From Crocosphaera subtropica ATCC 51142 (GTDB lineage: Bacteria > Cyanobacteriota > Cyanobacteriia > Cyanobacteriales > Microcystaceae), in NCBI RefSeq assembly GCF_000017845.1, contig NC_010546.1:1740001-1772000 (forward strand): a DNA stretch of 32,000 bases, read 5' to 3'. This document shows positions 15,742 to 23,993 of this stretch, in pieces. The translations under genes were made by a program, and so were the position numbers. The notes under the pieces were generated by a model that saw nothing but the letters and a program-made list of their open reading frames with translations, did not search any database and was not told where the DNA came from. The first letter of the stretch is position 1. The number at the start of each line of letters is the position of its first letter.

Positions 15742-17163
15742 ATGTTCCTCATCAAATCGTTCCCTAATGTGAAACAACTTTCTCATCTGAGTTCTTTACG
15801 ACTTCGACTAACCGTAGGAATTGCTGCGATGTCGATTTTAGGATTAAGTGGCGTGGTACTTTGGATTAGTTGGCAAATGCAGAGTATCCTAGTTGTTACT
15901 CATAAAAATAATACACGCTACATTGTCGGTCGCTTTCCTGCTGATGTAGAAATCTATAGCGATATGGTTTCAGTAGAAGAGGGAACCCAAAAAGCCATTG
16001 ATAACCTGTCGAACCCTCAAACTTTATTATGGGTGAAAACCCCTCAAGGAAAAATTTTTGCTCAGTCTCAAGCTTTACAAATGGGGATGACAGGCAGTAA
16101 TTTAGTCTCGTTGACAAATATTCCCCCACAACCAGAATTACAAAAGGTTAATAACCGTTATTGGTTGTTATGTTCGACGCAATTAGTGGTAAAAGGGGTA
16201 ACCCTTGGAGATTTTTATATTGCTCAAGATATTACCAAAGATCAGATGATGTTTTGGCGTGTGATGCGTAGTCTGCTAATGATTAGTATCATTGCAACTA
16301 TCGTGATGACAATAGCCATTGCTTGGTACATCCAGACTTCTTTGACACCCCTAAAGCGCATGAGTCAGATGACAAAGGATATTTCCCCGGAAACCCTAGG
16401 AGAAGTTCAAATTCAATTAGAAAATGCTCCTAGTGAGGTCAAAGAATTAGCCGGAACCCTACAAACTACCCTAACTCGTCTTTCTCATGCTTGGGACAAT
16501 CAACGTCAGTTAGTCAGCAATGTTTCCCACGAGTTACGCACGCCGTTAACCGTAGTGTCTGGCTATTTACAAAGTACCTTACGACGGGGTAATAATTTGA
16601 CGGATATGCAACGAGAAGCCTTAGAAACCGCTTCATCGGAAGCTGATCGTACCGTTCAATTATTACAGGATTTGTTAGATTTAGCTAGGGCTGAACATGG
16701 AGGGATGTATTTTAACCTAGAAACCATTGTCCTTAATGAGTTATTAACGGAACTCGAGGGAATGGTGCATCAATATCCTATCCCTGTAAAGCTTTCTCTC
16801 CCTGATCAATTGATCAAGGTAAAAGGGGATAAAAATCGCCTCAAACAAGTATTTTTAAACTTAATTGACAACGCCGTTAAATATTCCCATTCCCCTGAAC
16901 CCATTACCCTTAAATTGAGTCACAATAAACAACAGGCAAAGATAGAAGTGTGCGATCGCGGTGTGGGTATTCCTTTAGCGGATCAAACTCGCATCTTTGA
17001 GCGATTTTATCGGGTAGATGAAGCCAGAAGTCGTAATGTTGGGGGAACCGGACTCGGTTTATCTATCGTCAAAACATTAGTAGAAGGGATGGGGGGAAGC
17101 ATTAACGTTATTTCTCAACTCAATCAAGGCACAACCTTTGTAATTCTGTTACCCTTGTCTTGA
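15742..17163 (+). CDS. Sensor histidine kinase (2 TM + HAMP-like + HisKA + HATPase_c)
   Basis: H-box VSNVSHELRTPLT. N box LIDNAVKYS. G boxes DRGVGIP and GGTGLGLSIV. The ATG at 15742 is preferred over the TTG at 15733. Confidence 0.9.
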   Translation: MFLIKSFPNVKQLSHLSSLRLRLTVGIAAMSILGLSGVVLWISWQMQSILVVTHKNNTRYIVGRFPADVEIYSDMVSVEEGTQKAIDNLSNPQTLLWVKTPQGKIFAQSQALQMGMTGSNLVSLTNIPPQPELQKVNNRYWLLCSTQLVVKGVTLGDFYIAQDITKDQMMFWRVMRSLLMISIIATIVMTIAIAWYIQTSLTPLKRMSQMTKDISPETLGEVQIQLENAPSEVKELAGTLQTTLTRLSHAWDNQRQLVSNVSHELRTPLTVVSGYLQSTLRRGNNLTDMQREALETASSEADRTVQLLQDLLDLARAEHGGMYFNLETIVLNELLTELEGMVHQYPIPVKLSLPDQLIKVKGDKNRLKQVFLNLIDNAVKYSHSPEPITLKLSHNKQQAKIEVCDRGVGIPLADQTRIFERFYRVDEARSRNVGGTGLGLSIVKTLVEGMGGSINVISQLNQGTTFVILLPLS

Positions 17164-17179
17164 GTTCGGAGTTCGGAGT
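17164..17179 (+). repeat. Heptamer tandem repeat (GTTCGGA) x2.3 immediately after the kinase stop codon
   Basis: TGA-GTTCGGAGTTCGGAGT. Confidence 0.7.
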
Positions 17180-17259
17180 AATTATTCTTTGAACTATGAT
17201 AACTTTAAATAATGCTTGACCATCTAATCTCTATTTCCTATTTTTATAATTAATTGAGG

Positions 17260-18438
17260 ATGAAAACAACAACCAAAGAAACCAACCAATATTTATTATT
17301 ATCGGGAGATGCTGAACGGAAGAAATTAGAAGTTAATTTCTGGTTAGTATCTGTGATAGCTTTATTGTTATTTATCGCTATTTATACCCTGACTTTGCTA
17401 TTCCTAAGACAGACATTTATTGGAGTCCTTTTATACGAAAGAGGGTTTACCCAGTTTTTGGTGATTTATTTAGCTTGTTTTGTGGTTTCTTTGACTACTC
17501 TGAAACTGATTAAATTACAACAAGAAGCCTTAGCTTTGCGTCGTTCCTGGGTTCCTCAAACGGTCACCTTTGATAATCCGCGATCGAGAGATTTACTAAC
17601 ATTACAAAACAATTTAACTAAACATAATCAACTTCTGCCGATTCGTTGTAGTCGCATTTTGGGAGCTTATATTCAGTCAGGAAGCCGTAAAATTGCTTCA
17701 GAATTAGCTCTAGATGATTCTACCTTTTATTTAAGTGCGTCCGAGTCTTCTTATAGTTTTCCCCGTGTTCTCGTTTGGGCAATTCCATTATTAGGATTTA
17801 TTGGTACCGTTATTGGTATTAGTCAAGCGGTAAATGGGTTTTCTAGTTTCCTAGAACAAGCAGGAGAAATAGAACAAATTAAAGAAGGAATAGGAACGGT
17901 AACCAGTGGTTTAGCAGTGGCATTTGATACTACTTTATTAGCTTTATTACTCAGTGTTTTGGTAATGATTCCTTTAGTTTTAGTGGAAAGAATGGAATCT
18001 CGTTTGCTGCTGAGAATCGATATCTATGTCAATGATTTAGTGTTACCTCGCCTCAAAGAGAGGAGTGAAAACTTAGATTATGATGGTATTAATCAATCCA
18101 TTCGTAAAGCATTTCAAGACTATTTACCTAACCCAGAAGCCTTAATTGAACCAGCACAGATTTATGCTAAACAAGCAGCCGAAACTTTTTCTCACAGCTT
18201 TATCTCAGAAATTGAAAAACTACAACAGTTAAGTGGTCATTTAATTGAACAAATAGAAAAAATCAATAATATGAGTATCGAAGAAAAAAGCAAATTTCTA
18301 GAAACCTTAGACCAACAATTAAATGTCAATCGGGAACTTTCCCAGTCTATGATCACAGAAATTAAACACATTCAACCCATTCTAGAAAAACTAAGTAAAC
18401 CCCGTTTAATAACCTTTACTGACTCAGAAGAACTTTAA
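17260..18438 (+). CDS. MotA/TolQ/ExbB-family proton-channel protein with a long C-terminal helical tail
   Basis: Four hydrophobic helices. Family-like motifs LLGFIGTVIGISQAVNGF and SGLAVAFDTTLLALLLSVLVMIPLVLVE. The ~140-aa tail (..EIEKLQQLSGHLIEQIEKINNMSIEEKSKFLETLDQQLNVNRELSQ..) looks coiled-coil. Confidence 0.8.
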   Translation: MKTTTKETNQYLLLSGDAERKKLEVNFWLVSVIALLLFIAIYTLTLLFLRQTFIGVLLYERGFTQFLVIYLACFVVSLTTLKLIKLQQEALALRRSWVPQTVTFDNPRSRDLLTLQNNLTKHNQLLPIRCSRILGAYIQSGSRKIASELALDDSTFYLSASESSYSFPRVLVWAIPLLGFIGTVIGISQAVNGFSSFLEQAGEIEQIKEGIGTVTSGLAVAFDTTLLALLLSVLVMIPLVLVERMESRLLLRIDIYVNDLVLPRLKERSENLDYDGINQSIRKAFQDYLPNPEALIEPAQIYAKQAAETFSHSFISEIEKLQQLSGHLIEQIEKINNMSIEEKSKFLETLDQQLNVNRELSQSMITEIKHIQPILEKLSKPRLITFTDSEEL

Positions 18439-18477
18439 TTTATAATGTTTCGCCGAAGGGGATATCTAAAATTTAAT

Positions 18478-18505
18478 TCCTGACTCCTGACTCCTGATTC
18501 CTAAA
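18478..18505 (+). repeat. Heptamer tandem repeat (TCCTGAC) x4, last units degenerate, in the intergenic gap
   Basis: TCCTGAC TCCTGAC TCCTGAT TCCTAAA. Confidence 0.75.
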
Positions 18506-18545
18506 ACTAAAAAACTTTGTACCTTATCAGTATGAGAACTACTAT

Positions 18546-19022
18546 ATGCGTCGTCGTTCTTTTTCTAAAAATTCCCTAGAAGTTGAATTATTCCCCTTTC
18601 TTTCTATTTTAGCCTGTACCATTGGCACTCTCATTTTATTGATCATTGTTTTAACCACCCAACTATTAAAAAATGAACGGGAAATTACCATTATTGCTAA
18701 ACAAGAAACCACAGGGGAAAATCAAGGTAAAATCCCGAAATACATAGAATGCAGAGAGGATGGTGTTTTATTACATCCGAGTCAAGTGTTTGTTCCCAAA
18801 TCTGAAATTGATAATCGGCGATCGCCCTTAAATCAATTAATTAGGGAGGTACAAAAAAACAAAGATAAACAATATTTAATTGTTGTCCTTCGTCCCCAAG
18901 GAATTGATGTCTTTCAACAAGTTAGAGACATGGTAGAAAAACGGGGGATCGATATTGGATACGAACCCATTGATCAAGATTGGAAATTAAAAATAGAAGA
19001 AGCAAACAACAATGAGAACTAG
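18546..19022 (+). CDS. ExbD/TolR-like single-pass membrane protein lacking the TM aspartate
   Basis: The N-terminal TM LFPFLSILACTIGTLILLIIVL has Ser where ExbD/TolR have Asp. The C-terminal module is YLIVVLRPQGIDVFQQVRDMVEKRGIDIGYEPI. Confidence 0.65.
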   Translation: MRRRSFSKNSLEVELFPFLSILACTIGTLILLIIVLTTQLLKNEREITIIAKQETTGENQGKIPKYIECREDGVLLHPSQVFVPKSEIDNRRSPLNQLIREVQKNKDKQYLIVVLRPQGIDVFQQVRDMVEKRGIDIGYEPIDQDWKLKIEEANNNEN

Positions 19023-19713
19023 AAGATATCGTAAGCTAAACTCACCCAGTCAAAACCTAGATTCTTTTTTAGATATTCTCACTAATACCGTGGGAGTATT
19101 AATGTTTATTAGTTTATTTATTACCGTTGTCGCAGTAGAATCAAGTACCATTGTTACAACTCCTTTGGTGTCAAATACTGAAAAGAAACCCCGCTTTTTT
19201 GAGGTTAGGAATAATAAAATAGCTTATATTAATGATGAAGAAGTTGATCGTCAGATTGCCCTTTTAATGAAGAATTTACCTGAATGTTCGGTTCCTGAAC
19301 TTCCCACAAATTTAGACACTTATACCTACCAATTTTATCTCAATCGTATTCAAGAATATGAAAATTGTCGAGCGCAAACGATTCAGAGTTTTCGACAATT
19401 CAAAGGAGAAACAGAACATTACAAAGTAACATTTTATGACCTTGATGCACTCATTTATGAACCTTTAACTCCCGAAACAGGAGAATCTTATAAAACCATT
19501 GCTCAAACCGATTCAAACTTTAATAAAACTTTAGAAAATTTCAATCCTAACACTGATTATTTAGCGTTTCTAGTACGTCCCGATAGTTTTTCTGCATTTA
19601 GAGCAGCGAGAAAACAAGCATGGAAAGCGGGCTATAATGTAGGTTGGGAACCTTTAAAAGAAGAAACTCCCATTGTTTTTGGCTCTAATGGAAGAAGTGT
19701 CGGAGTACAATAG
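19012..19713 (+). CDS. ExbD/TolR-like single-pass membrane protein retaining the TM aspartate, with an enlarged extracytoplasmic domain
   Basis: The start overlaps the upstream stop (ATGAGAACTAG). The TM LDSFLDILTNTVGVLMFISLFI contains the FLD motif. The C-terminal module YLAFLVRPDSFSAFRAARKQAWKAGYNVGWEPL is paralogous to the previous ORF. Confidence 0.65.
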   Translation: MRTRRYRKLNSPSQNLDSFLDILTNTVGVLMFISLFITVVAVESSTIVTTPLVSNTEKKPRFFEVRNNKIAYINDEEVDRQIALLMKNLPECSVPELPTNLDTYTYQFYLNRIQEYENCRAQTIQSFRQFKGETEHYKVTFYDLDALIYEPLTPETGESYKTIAQTDSNFNKTLENFNPNTDYLAFLVRPDSFSAFRAARKQAWKAGYNVGWEPLKEETPIVFGSNGRSVGVQ

Positions 19714-19733
19714 ATTTTTAGTTAGGTTATCTT

Positions 19734-19835
19734 ATGAGTAGCAATTTATATGAGACTGACTATGCTCAATGGACGCGATCCCAAATTGAAGCATTGAAAG
19801 CAAAAGATTGGGAAAGCATAGATTTTGAGCATTAA
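19734..19835 (+). pseudogene. Truncated DUF29-like fragment (33 codons)
   Basis: MSSNLYETDYAQWTRSQIEALKAKDWESIDFEH-stop resembles the N-terminus of cyanobacterial DUF29 proteins (normally about 140 aa) as I recall them. Confidence 0.45.
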
Positions 19836-19925
19836 AAGTAAAAGAAAGATATAATATTTATGTTCAACGCGCAAGAATCATTTAAAAACCAATTAAAATT
19901 AATTAAAAAGTTATTATTAATAATT

Positions 19926-20495
19926 ATGATTCAAACATCAGAAAAAATATACAGCTTTCAAGATTATTGTCAATATAATGATGAATCAGACAATCGGTAT
20001 GAATTAGTTGATGGAAAGTTAGTATTGATGAATCCTCCTAGTTTTCAACATTTATTAATCGCCAAATTTTTAGAGTCATATTTTGATAATTTAATTAAAG
20101 AAAAATCCTTACCTTTACTATGCTTTAAAGAAGCAGGAGTAAGGACAGGATGGCGAAAATCTCGTATTAGTGATCTTTATATTATTGAAGCAAATACCAT
20201 TCAACAATTGTTAAATCAGTCAGCTATTGTAGACATCCCACCATTACTAATTGTTGAAATTGTCAGTCCCGAATCTGTTACTAGGGACTATCGTTATAAA
20301 CGTTCAGAATATGCAGCGTTAGGGGTTAATGAGTATTGGATTGTTGATCCAAAAAATGAGAAAATCACTATTCTTTTATTAGAGGAAGGTTTATACGAAG
20401 AAACGGTTTATCATTTATCAGATACCTTAGTATCTCGTTTATTTCCTGAGTTAAGTTTAACCGTTAATCAAGTTTTAGTTTCTGGGAATCGTTAG
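19926..20495 (+). CDS. Uma2-family (DUF820) endonuclease, second copy
   Basis: YELVDGKLVLMNPPS ... SDLYII ... PPLLIVEIVSPESVTRDYRYKRSEYAALGVNEYWIVDP. The ATG at 19926 is preferred over 19860. Confidence 0.85.
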   Translation: MIQTSEKIYSFQDYCQYNDESDNRYELVDGKLVLMNPPSFQHLLIAKFLESYFDNLIKEKSLPLLCFKEAGVRTGWRKSRISDLYIIEANTIQQLLNQSAIVDIPPLLIVEIVSPESVTRDYRYKRSEYAALGVNEYWIVDPKNEKITILLLEEGLYEETVYHLSDTLVSRLFPELSLTVNQVLVSGNR

Positions 20496-20541
20496 ACAGT
20501 TTTTAAGCACCTGGACAAAAATAAACGTTACTGTGAAGTGA

Positions 20542-20575
20542 GTGGGAGAGTCGGGAGAAGGCAGCAGGGAGAGGG
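20542..20575. repeat. Purine-rich GGGAG-type motif cluster
   Basis: GTGGGAGAGTCGGGAGAAGGCAGCAGGGAGAGGGG. It is related to the motifs at 1237, 1335 and 12299. Confidence 0.4.
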
Positions 20576-20655
20576 GTTACGACTTATTTACCTTTCTTAA
20601 GACAGTTAATTATATTTATGTCCGACTACTTAGTAATGAATAAGTAAGCTTTTAA

Positions 20656-21144
20656 TTATTTATTTGAGTTATCTTTTAAATAAAAATCATTAATTTCCTT
20701 TTCTATAGATTTAATTACTTTTTTTACAGAATTTTTCAAAATCGGACTAATTTCTAATCCTAATCCTAAGTTTTCTGCTTCAATTAAATAAACTGTTACA
20801 TCATTAGGAAACTGATCTTTAAAAATTTTTCTCCCTGCTGCTAAAGCATGATCCCATCGAAAGTCATGTAAACTATAACTAGCTTCTGGTAATTCTTCTA
20901 ATTCTTCTCCTGGTACTCTATAAATAGTTCCTGGTTCCGAATCTGTCGAACAAGCATCAATAATAATTAATTTTTCACTTCCTCTTGCTTGGAACATTAC
21001 TTCCATTCCTGCGGTTCCACAATCATAAATTTGTAAATTAGATATGTTTTGATCTCTAAAAATCTCTTGTAATTTTTGAGCAATGATAACTCCTACTGCA
21101 TCATCACATCGATTTAGATTACCACACCCAATAACTGTTAACAT
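20656..21144 (-). CDS. hoxW: Hydrogenase maturation endopeptidase (HoxW/HupW/HyaD family)
   Basis: MLTVIGCGNLNRCDDAVG, LIIIDA and SLHDF motifs. 162 aa. Confidence 0.85.
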   Translation of the reverse strand: MLTVIGCGNLNRCDDAVGVIIAQKLQEIFRDQNISNLQIYDCGTAGMEVMFQARGSEKLIIIDACSTDSEPGTIYRVPGEELEELPEASYSLHDFRWDHALAAGRKIFKDQFPNDVTVYLIEAENLGLGLEISPILKNSVKKVIKSIEKEINDFYLKDNSNK

Positions 21145-21298
21145 ATATCATTTATTTAAACTAGAGTATTAATTATTGTAGGAAATTGTTTGTAACTTGA
21201 ATCTTAAAATAATTAAAATTCTTCTATTTAGCGAGAAATTTCCACCTAGTGGTGGGTTACGACGGATTATTATATTCTACCCACCCTACTGTATATCT

Positions 21299-22360
21299 TT
21301 AAGCGCAAATATCTGATAATGCTTGAAGTAGTTTATTATTTTCCCTAAATGTACGCACTGCGATGCGAAAATAACGATCGCCTAAGGTTTCAAAAGTAGA
21401 ACAATCTCGAATTAAAATCCGATGCTTTTGTAATAATTCTAGTTGTAATTGAGAACTGGGAATTTGAGTTTTAACTAAGATAAAATTCACCGAACTAGGA
21501 ACAGGTTCTAACCCTTGAATTTGTAATAATCCTGTTAGTAACTGCTCATAAGCTGATAATAACCATTGTCTGGTTTGTTGGGCAAAAGCTTTGTCTTGTA
21601 TCGCTGTAATGGCCGCAGTAACGGCTAAACTATTGACTGGCCAAGGATCTCGCCAGGTTTGCCACTGTTGTAAACGGGTAGGATGAGCGATCGCATAACC
21701 TAAACGTAGCCCCGGAAGACTGTAAAATTTAGTCAGCGATCGCACAATCACCAAATTAGGATAATCTCCAATCCAAGGAATTAAACTTTGTTGTCGAGAA
21801 GAGGGGACAAAATCCATAAATGCCTCGTCAACCACCACTAATTTAAACCGTTCTAATAGGGGTAATAAAGCCTCTCTAGGGAATAATTGGCCCGTCGGAT
21901 TATGGGGATTATTAATAATAATACCGGCCTCGGTTTCGGGACAGTTATCCAAAAGGCTAAGAGAATTAGGGGTTTGCCAAGGAAAAGAAATGGGGGTAAT
22001 GGTTGCCCCAAATGTTTGTAACCCTCGCCAATAATCCCGAAATCCAGGAATCATGACATAAGTGTGTTTTTGCGCTGCCAAGTCACGACTGGCCCAGGTT
22101 AATAACTCTGCTGCCCCATTCCCTGGCAAAATCCACTCAGAGGGCAATTGGTGCCATTCTGAAAGGGCTTGTCTCAAATTTGTGTATTGGGGATCAGGAT
22201 AGTGTTTAAGGCTGTCCAACGCCATTTTAATAGCGGTTAAGACAGTCTGAGGAGGACCAAGGGGATTAATACTAGCAGAGAAATCTAAAATAGAAGAAAC
22301 TGGACAGCCAATTTGAGCAGCTGCCCAGACTAAATTACCACCATGAACGGGTTGTTTCAT
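21299..22360 (-). CDS. cobD: Threonine-phosphate decarboxylase (CobD), class I/II aminotransferase fold
   Basis: HGGNLVWAAAQIGCPVSSILDFSASINPLGPP, NNPHNPTG and SLTKFYSLPGLRLGY (PLP Lys). The ATG at 22360 is preferred. The TTG at 22387 would overlap hup. Confidence 0.85.
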   Translation of the reverse strand: MKQPVHGGNLVWAAAQIGCPVSSILDFSASINPLGPPQTVLTAIKMALDSLKHYPDPQYTNLRQALSEWHQLPSEWILPGNGAAELLTWASRDLAAQKHTYVMIPGFRDYWRGLQTFGATITPISFPWQTPNSLSLLDNCPETEAGIIINNPHNPTGQLFPREALLPLLERFKLVVVDEAFMDFVPSSRQQSLIPWIGDYPNLVIVRSLTKFYSLPGLRLGYAIAHPTRLQQWQTWRDPWPVNSLAVTAAITAIQDKAFAQQTRQWLLSAYEQLLTGLLQIQGLEPVPSSVNFILVKTQIPSSQLQLELLQKHRILIRDCSTFETLGDRYFRIAVRTFRENNKLLQALSDICA

Positions 22361-22362
22361 CT

Positions 22363-22383
22363 GCCGAAAACTACTTTTTCGGC
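22363..22383 (-). promoter_or_regulatory. Perfect 8-bp hairpin GCCGAAAA-AGTAG-TTTTCGGC spanning the hup stop codon, 2 nt upstream of the cobD ATG
   Basis: Read directly on the minus strand. The hup TAG sits in the loop. No U-tract follows. Confidence 0.4.
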
Positions 22384-22652
22384 GCAACCCGTTCTTTAAA
22401 CAGCTTTCCAGCCGAGAAAGCAGGAACTTTAGTCGCAGGAATACTCATTTTTTCATTGGTTTTGGGGTTACGGCCTTCACGCGCTTTGCGATCGCGCGCT
22501 TCAAAAGACCCAAAGCCCACTAGGGTGACTTTATCATCTCCAGCCACGGCTTCCATAATGGTTTCTATGGTGGCACTAATCACGGTTTCTGCTTGTTTTT
22601 TGGTAACTTCAGCCTTATTAGCGACTGCATCAATTAATTCACCTTTATTCAT
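22371..22652 (-). CDS. hup: HU-family DNA-binding protein
   Basis: MNKGELIDAVA...VTLVGFGSFEARDRKAREGRNPKTNEKMSIPATKVPAFSAGKLFKE is a canonical HU sequence. Confidence 0.95.
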   Translation of the reverse strand: MNKGELIDAVANKAEVTKKQAETVISATIETIMEAVAGDDKVTLVGFGSFEARDRKAREGRNPKTNEKMSIPATKVPAFSAGKLFKERVAPKK

Positions 22653-22972
22653 TGAGTAATCTCCTTGTATTGTGTATTATGTCCTATGGTGTTTTGGCAC
22701 ATCCTAGTTAGAAAAGGATGAGTTATAAGTAATCTTAATAGACATAAATCGCCAAAATCCCCATAGGCTAAATGTTTCACTGCATTATTCTAAGCCGAAT
22801 TGTCCCCAATCGATCCCCTAAAACAGTAATTTATATAGATTTTTTGCATTTCCGTTCCCATGAATTAGATGGAGAAGAAGAAAAGTTTAAGGATTTTTTA
22901 CCAATGCGTTAGAGGATAACGATAACATAGGAAAATATAAGTCGCTAAACAAAGCAACCTAGGAGATGGATT

Positions 22973-23359
22973 GTGAATAATTATTCTCCCAAACTACTAT
23001 GGCTCAATAATTCTGGGTTAGGGTGTTTATTAAATTTATTGCTACTGGCCATTTTATTAGTCTCACTTGGCTTGGGATGGGTGGTTAATGGGTTTTTGAT
23101 TTTATTGGGGGTAATTTTAATTACTCCTGTGATTGGGTTATGGATATTACGATGGTGGGTTCAGCGTAACTTAGTCGAAGATCACTGTCCTGTGTGTAGC
23201 TACGAATTTACAGGGTTTAATGGGGTAGAAACACGTTGTCCTAGTTGTGGCGAAGCTTTAGAAGTTGAAAACGGCAAATTTAAGCGGGTGACTCCTCCAG
23301 GAACCATTGATGTTGATGTGGTGGATGTCTCGGTCAAACAATTTGATGATCCTGATTAG
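22973..23359 (+). CDS. Small membrane protein with C-terminal CxxC...CxxC zinc-ribbon
   Basis: GTG start. Two hydrophobic helices, then CPVCSYEF...CPSCGE. Confidence 0.5.
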   Translation: MNNYSPKLLWLNNSGLGCLLNLLLLAILLVSLGLGWVVNGFLILLGVILITPVIGLWILRWWVQRNLVEDHCPVCSYEFTGFNGVETRCPSCGEALEVENGKFKRVTPPGTIDVDVVDVSVKQFDDPD

Positions 23360-23482
23360 GCATCAAGTGTTACATAATTTAAAGTTCTACAACAATTTTT
23401 ATGAGGAGATTCTGTCACTGCGGTAAACTAGCCCTTAATCCTGACTATTTTTACAACAGACAGATAAGATACTCTTAAGTCT

Positions 23483-23511
23483 TTGTTCAGTTAGGAAACC
23501 TCGACTAGAAT
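23483..23511 (+). promoter_or_regulatory. Candidate sigma70-type promoter of psaC (TTGTTC-17 nt-TAGAAT)
   Basis: The hexamers are at 23483..23488 and 23506..23511, about 57 nt upstream of the psaC ATG. Confidence 0.3.
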
Positions 23512-23538
23512 TTATGTTTAGTTGGGGTGCTTGACTAA

Positions 23539-23814
<276 letters not shown>

Positions 23815-23851
23815 AAAACCTGCAATTAATTTTGTCATTCGTGACATTTCC

Positions 23852-23887
23852 CCCACCTAACCATTTATCGGGTAGGTGGGATTTTTA
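23852..23887 (+). terminator. Rho-independent terminator of psaC
   Basis: CCCACCTA(ACC)-ATTTATC-(GGG)TAGGTGGG followed by ATTTTTA. Confidence 0.6.
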
Positions 23888-23993
23888 CTTTTATATCGTT
23901 CATAACATAATTCTCAAGAAAGATGTATCTAACCAGATATCAAAGATAAAATTAAAAAAAATTTAGACTCAATTTTAGGAGCCATTACTTATC

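Noticed and set aside
17260-20495. Calling the MotA-like cluster a Zorya anti-phage system.
   Set aside because: The A-subunit tail is far shorter than ZorA. The B-like proteins lack a peptidoglycan-binding domain. There is no ZorC, ZorD or ZorE-like gene. Uma2 genes are too abundant in cyanobacteria for adjacency to carry weight. It is kept only as a hypothesis to test.
20573-21263. Direct 10-mer GGGTTACGAC on both sides of hoxW (about 20573 and about 21253), considered as possible mobile-cassette boundaries.
   Set aside because: A single 10-nt match is expected by chance in 32 kb. No extended flanking similarity or integrase is present.
23369-23386. HLR1-like (RpaB-type) site GTTACATA-AT-TTAAAGTT upstream of psaC.
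   Set aside because: Only the first half-site fits the (G/T)TTACA(T/A)(T/A) consensus, and the second half is poor. It cannot be supported without comparative data.
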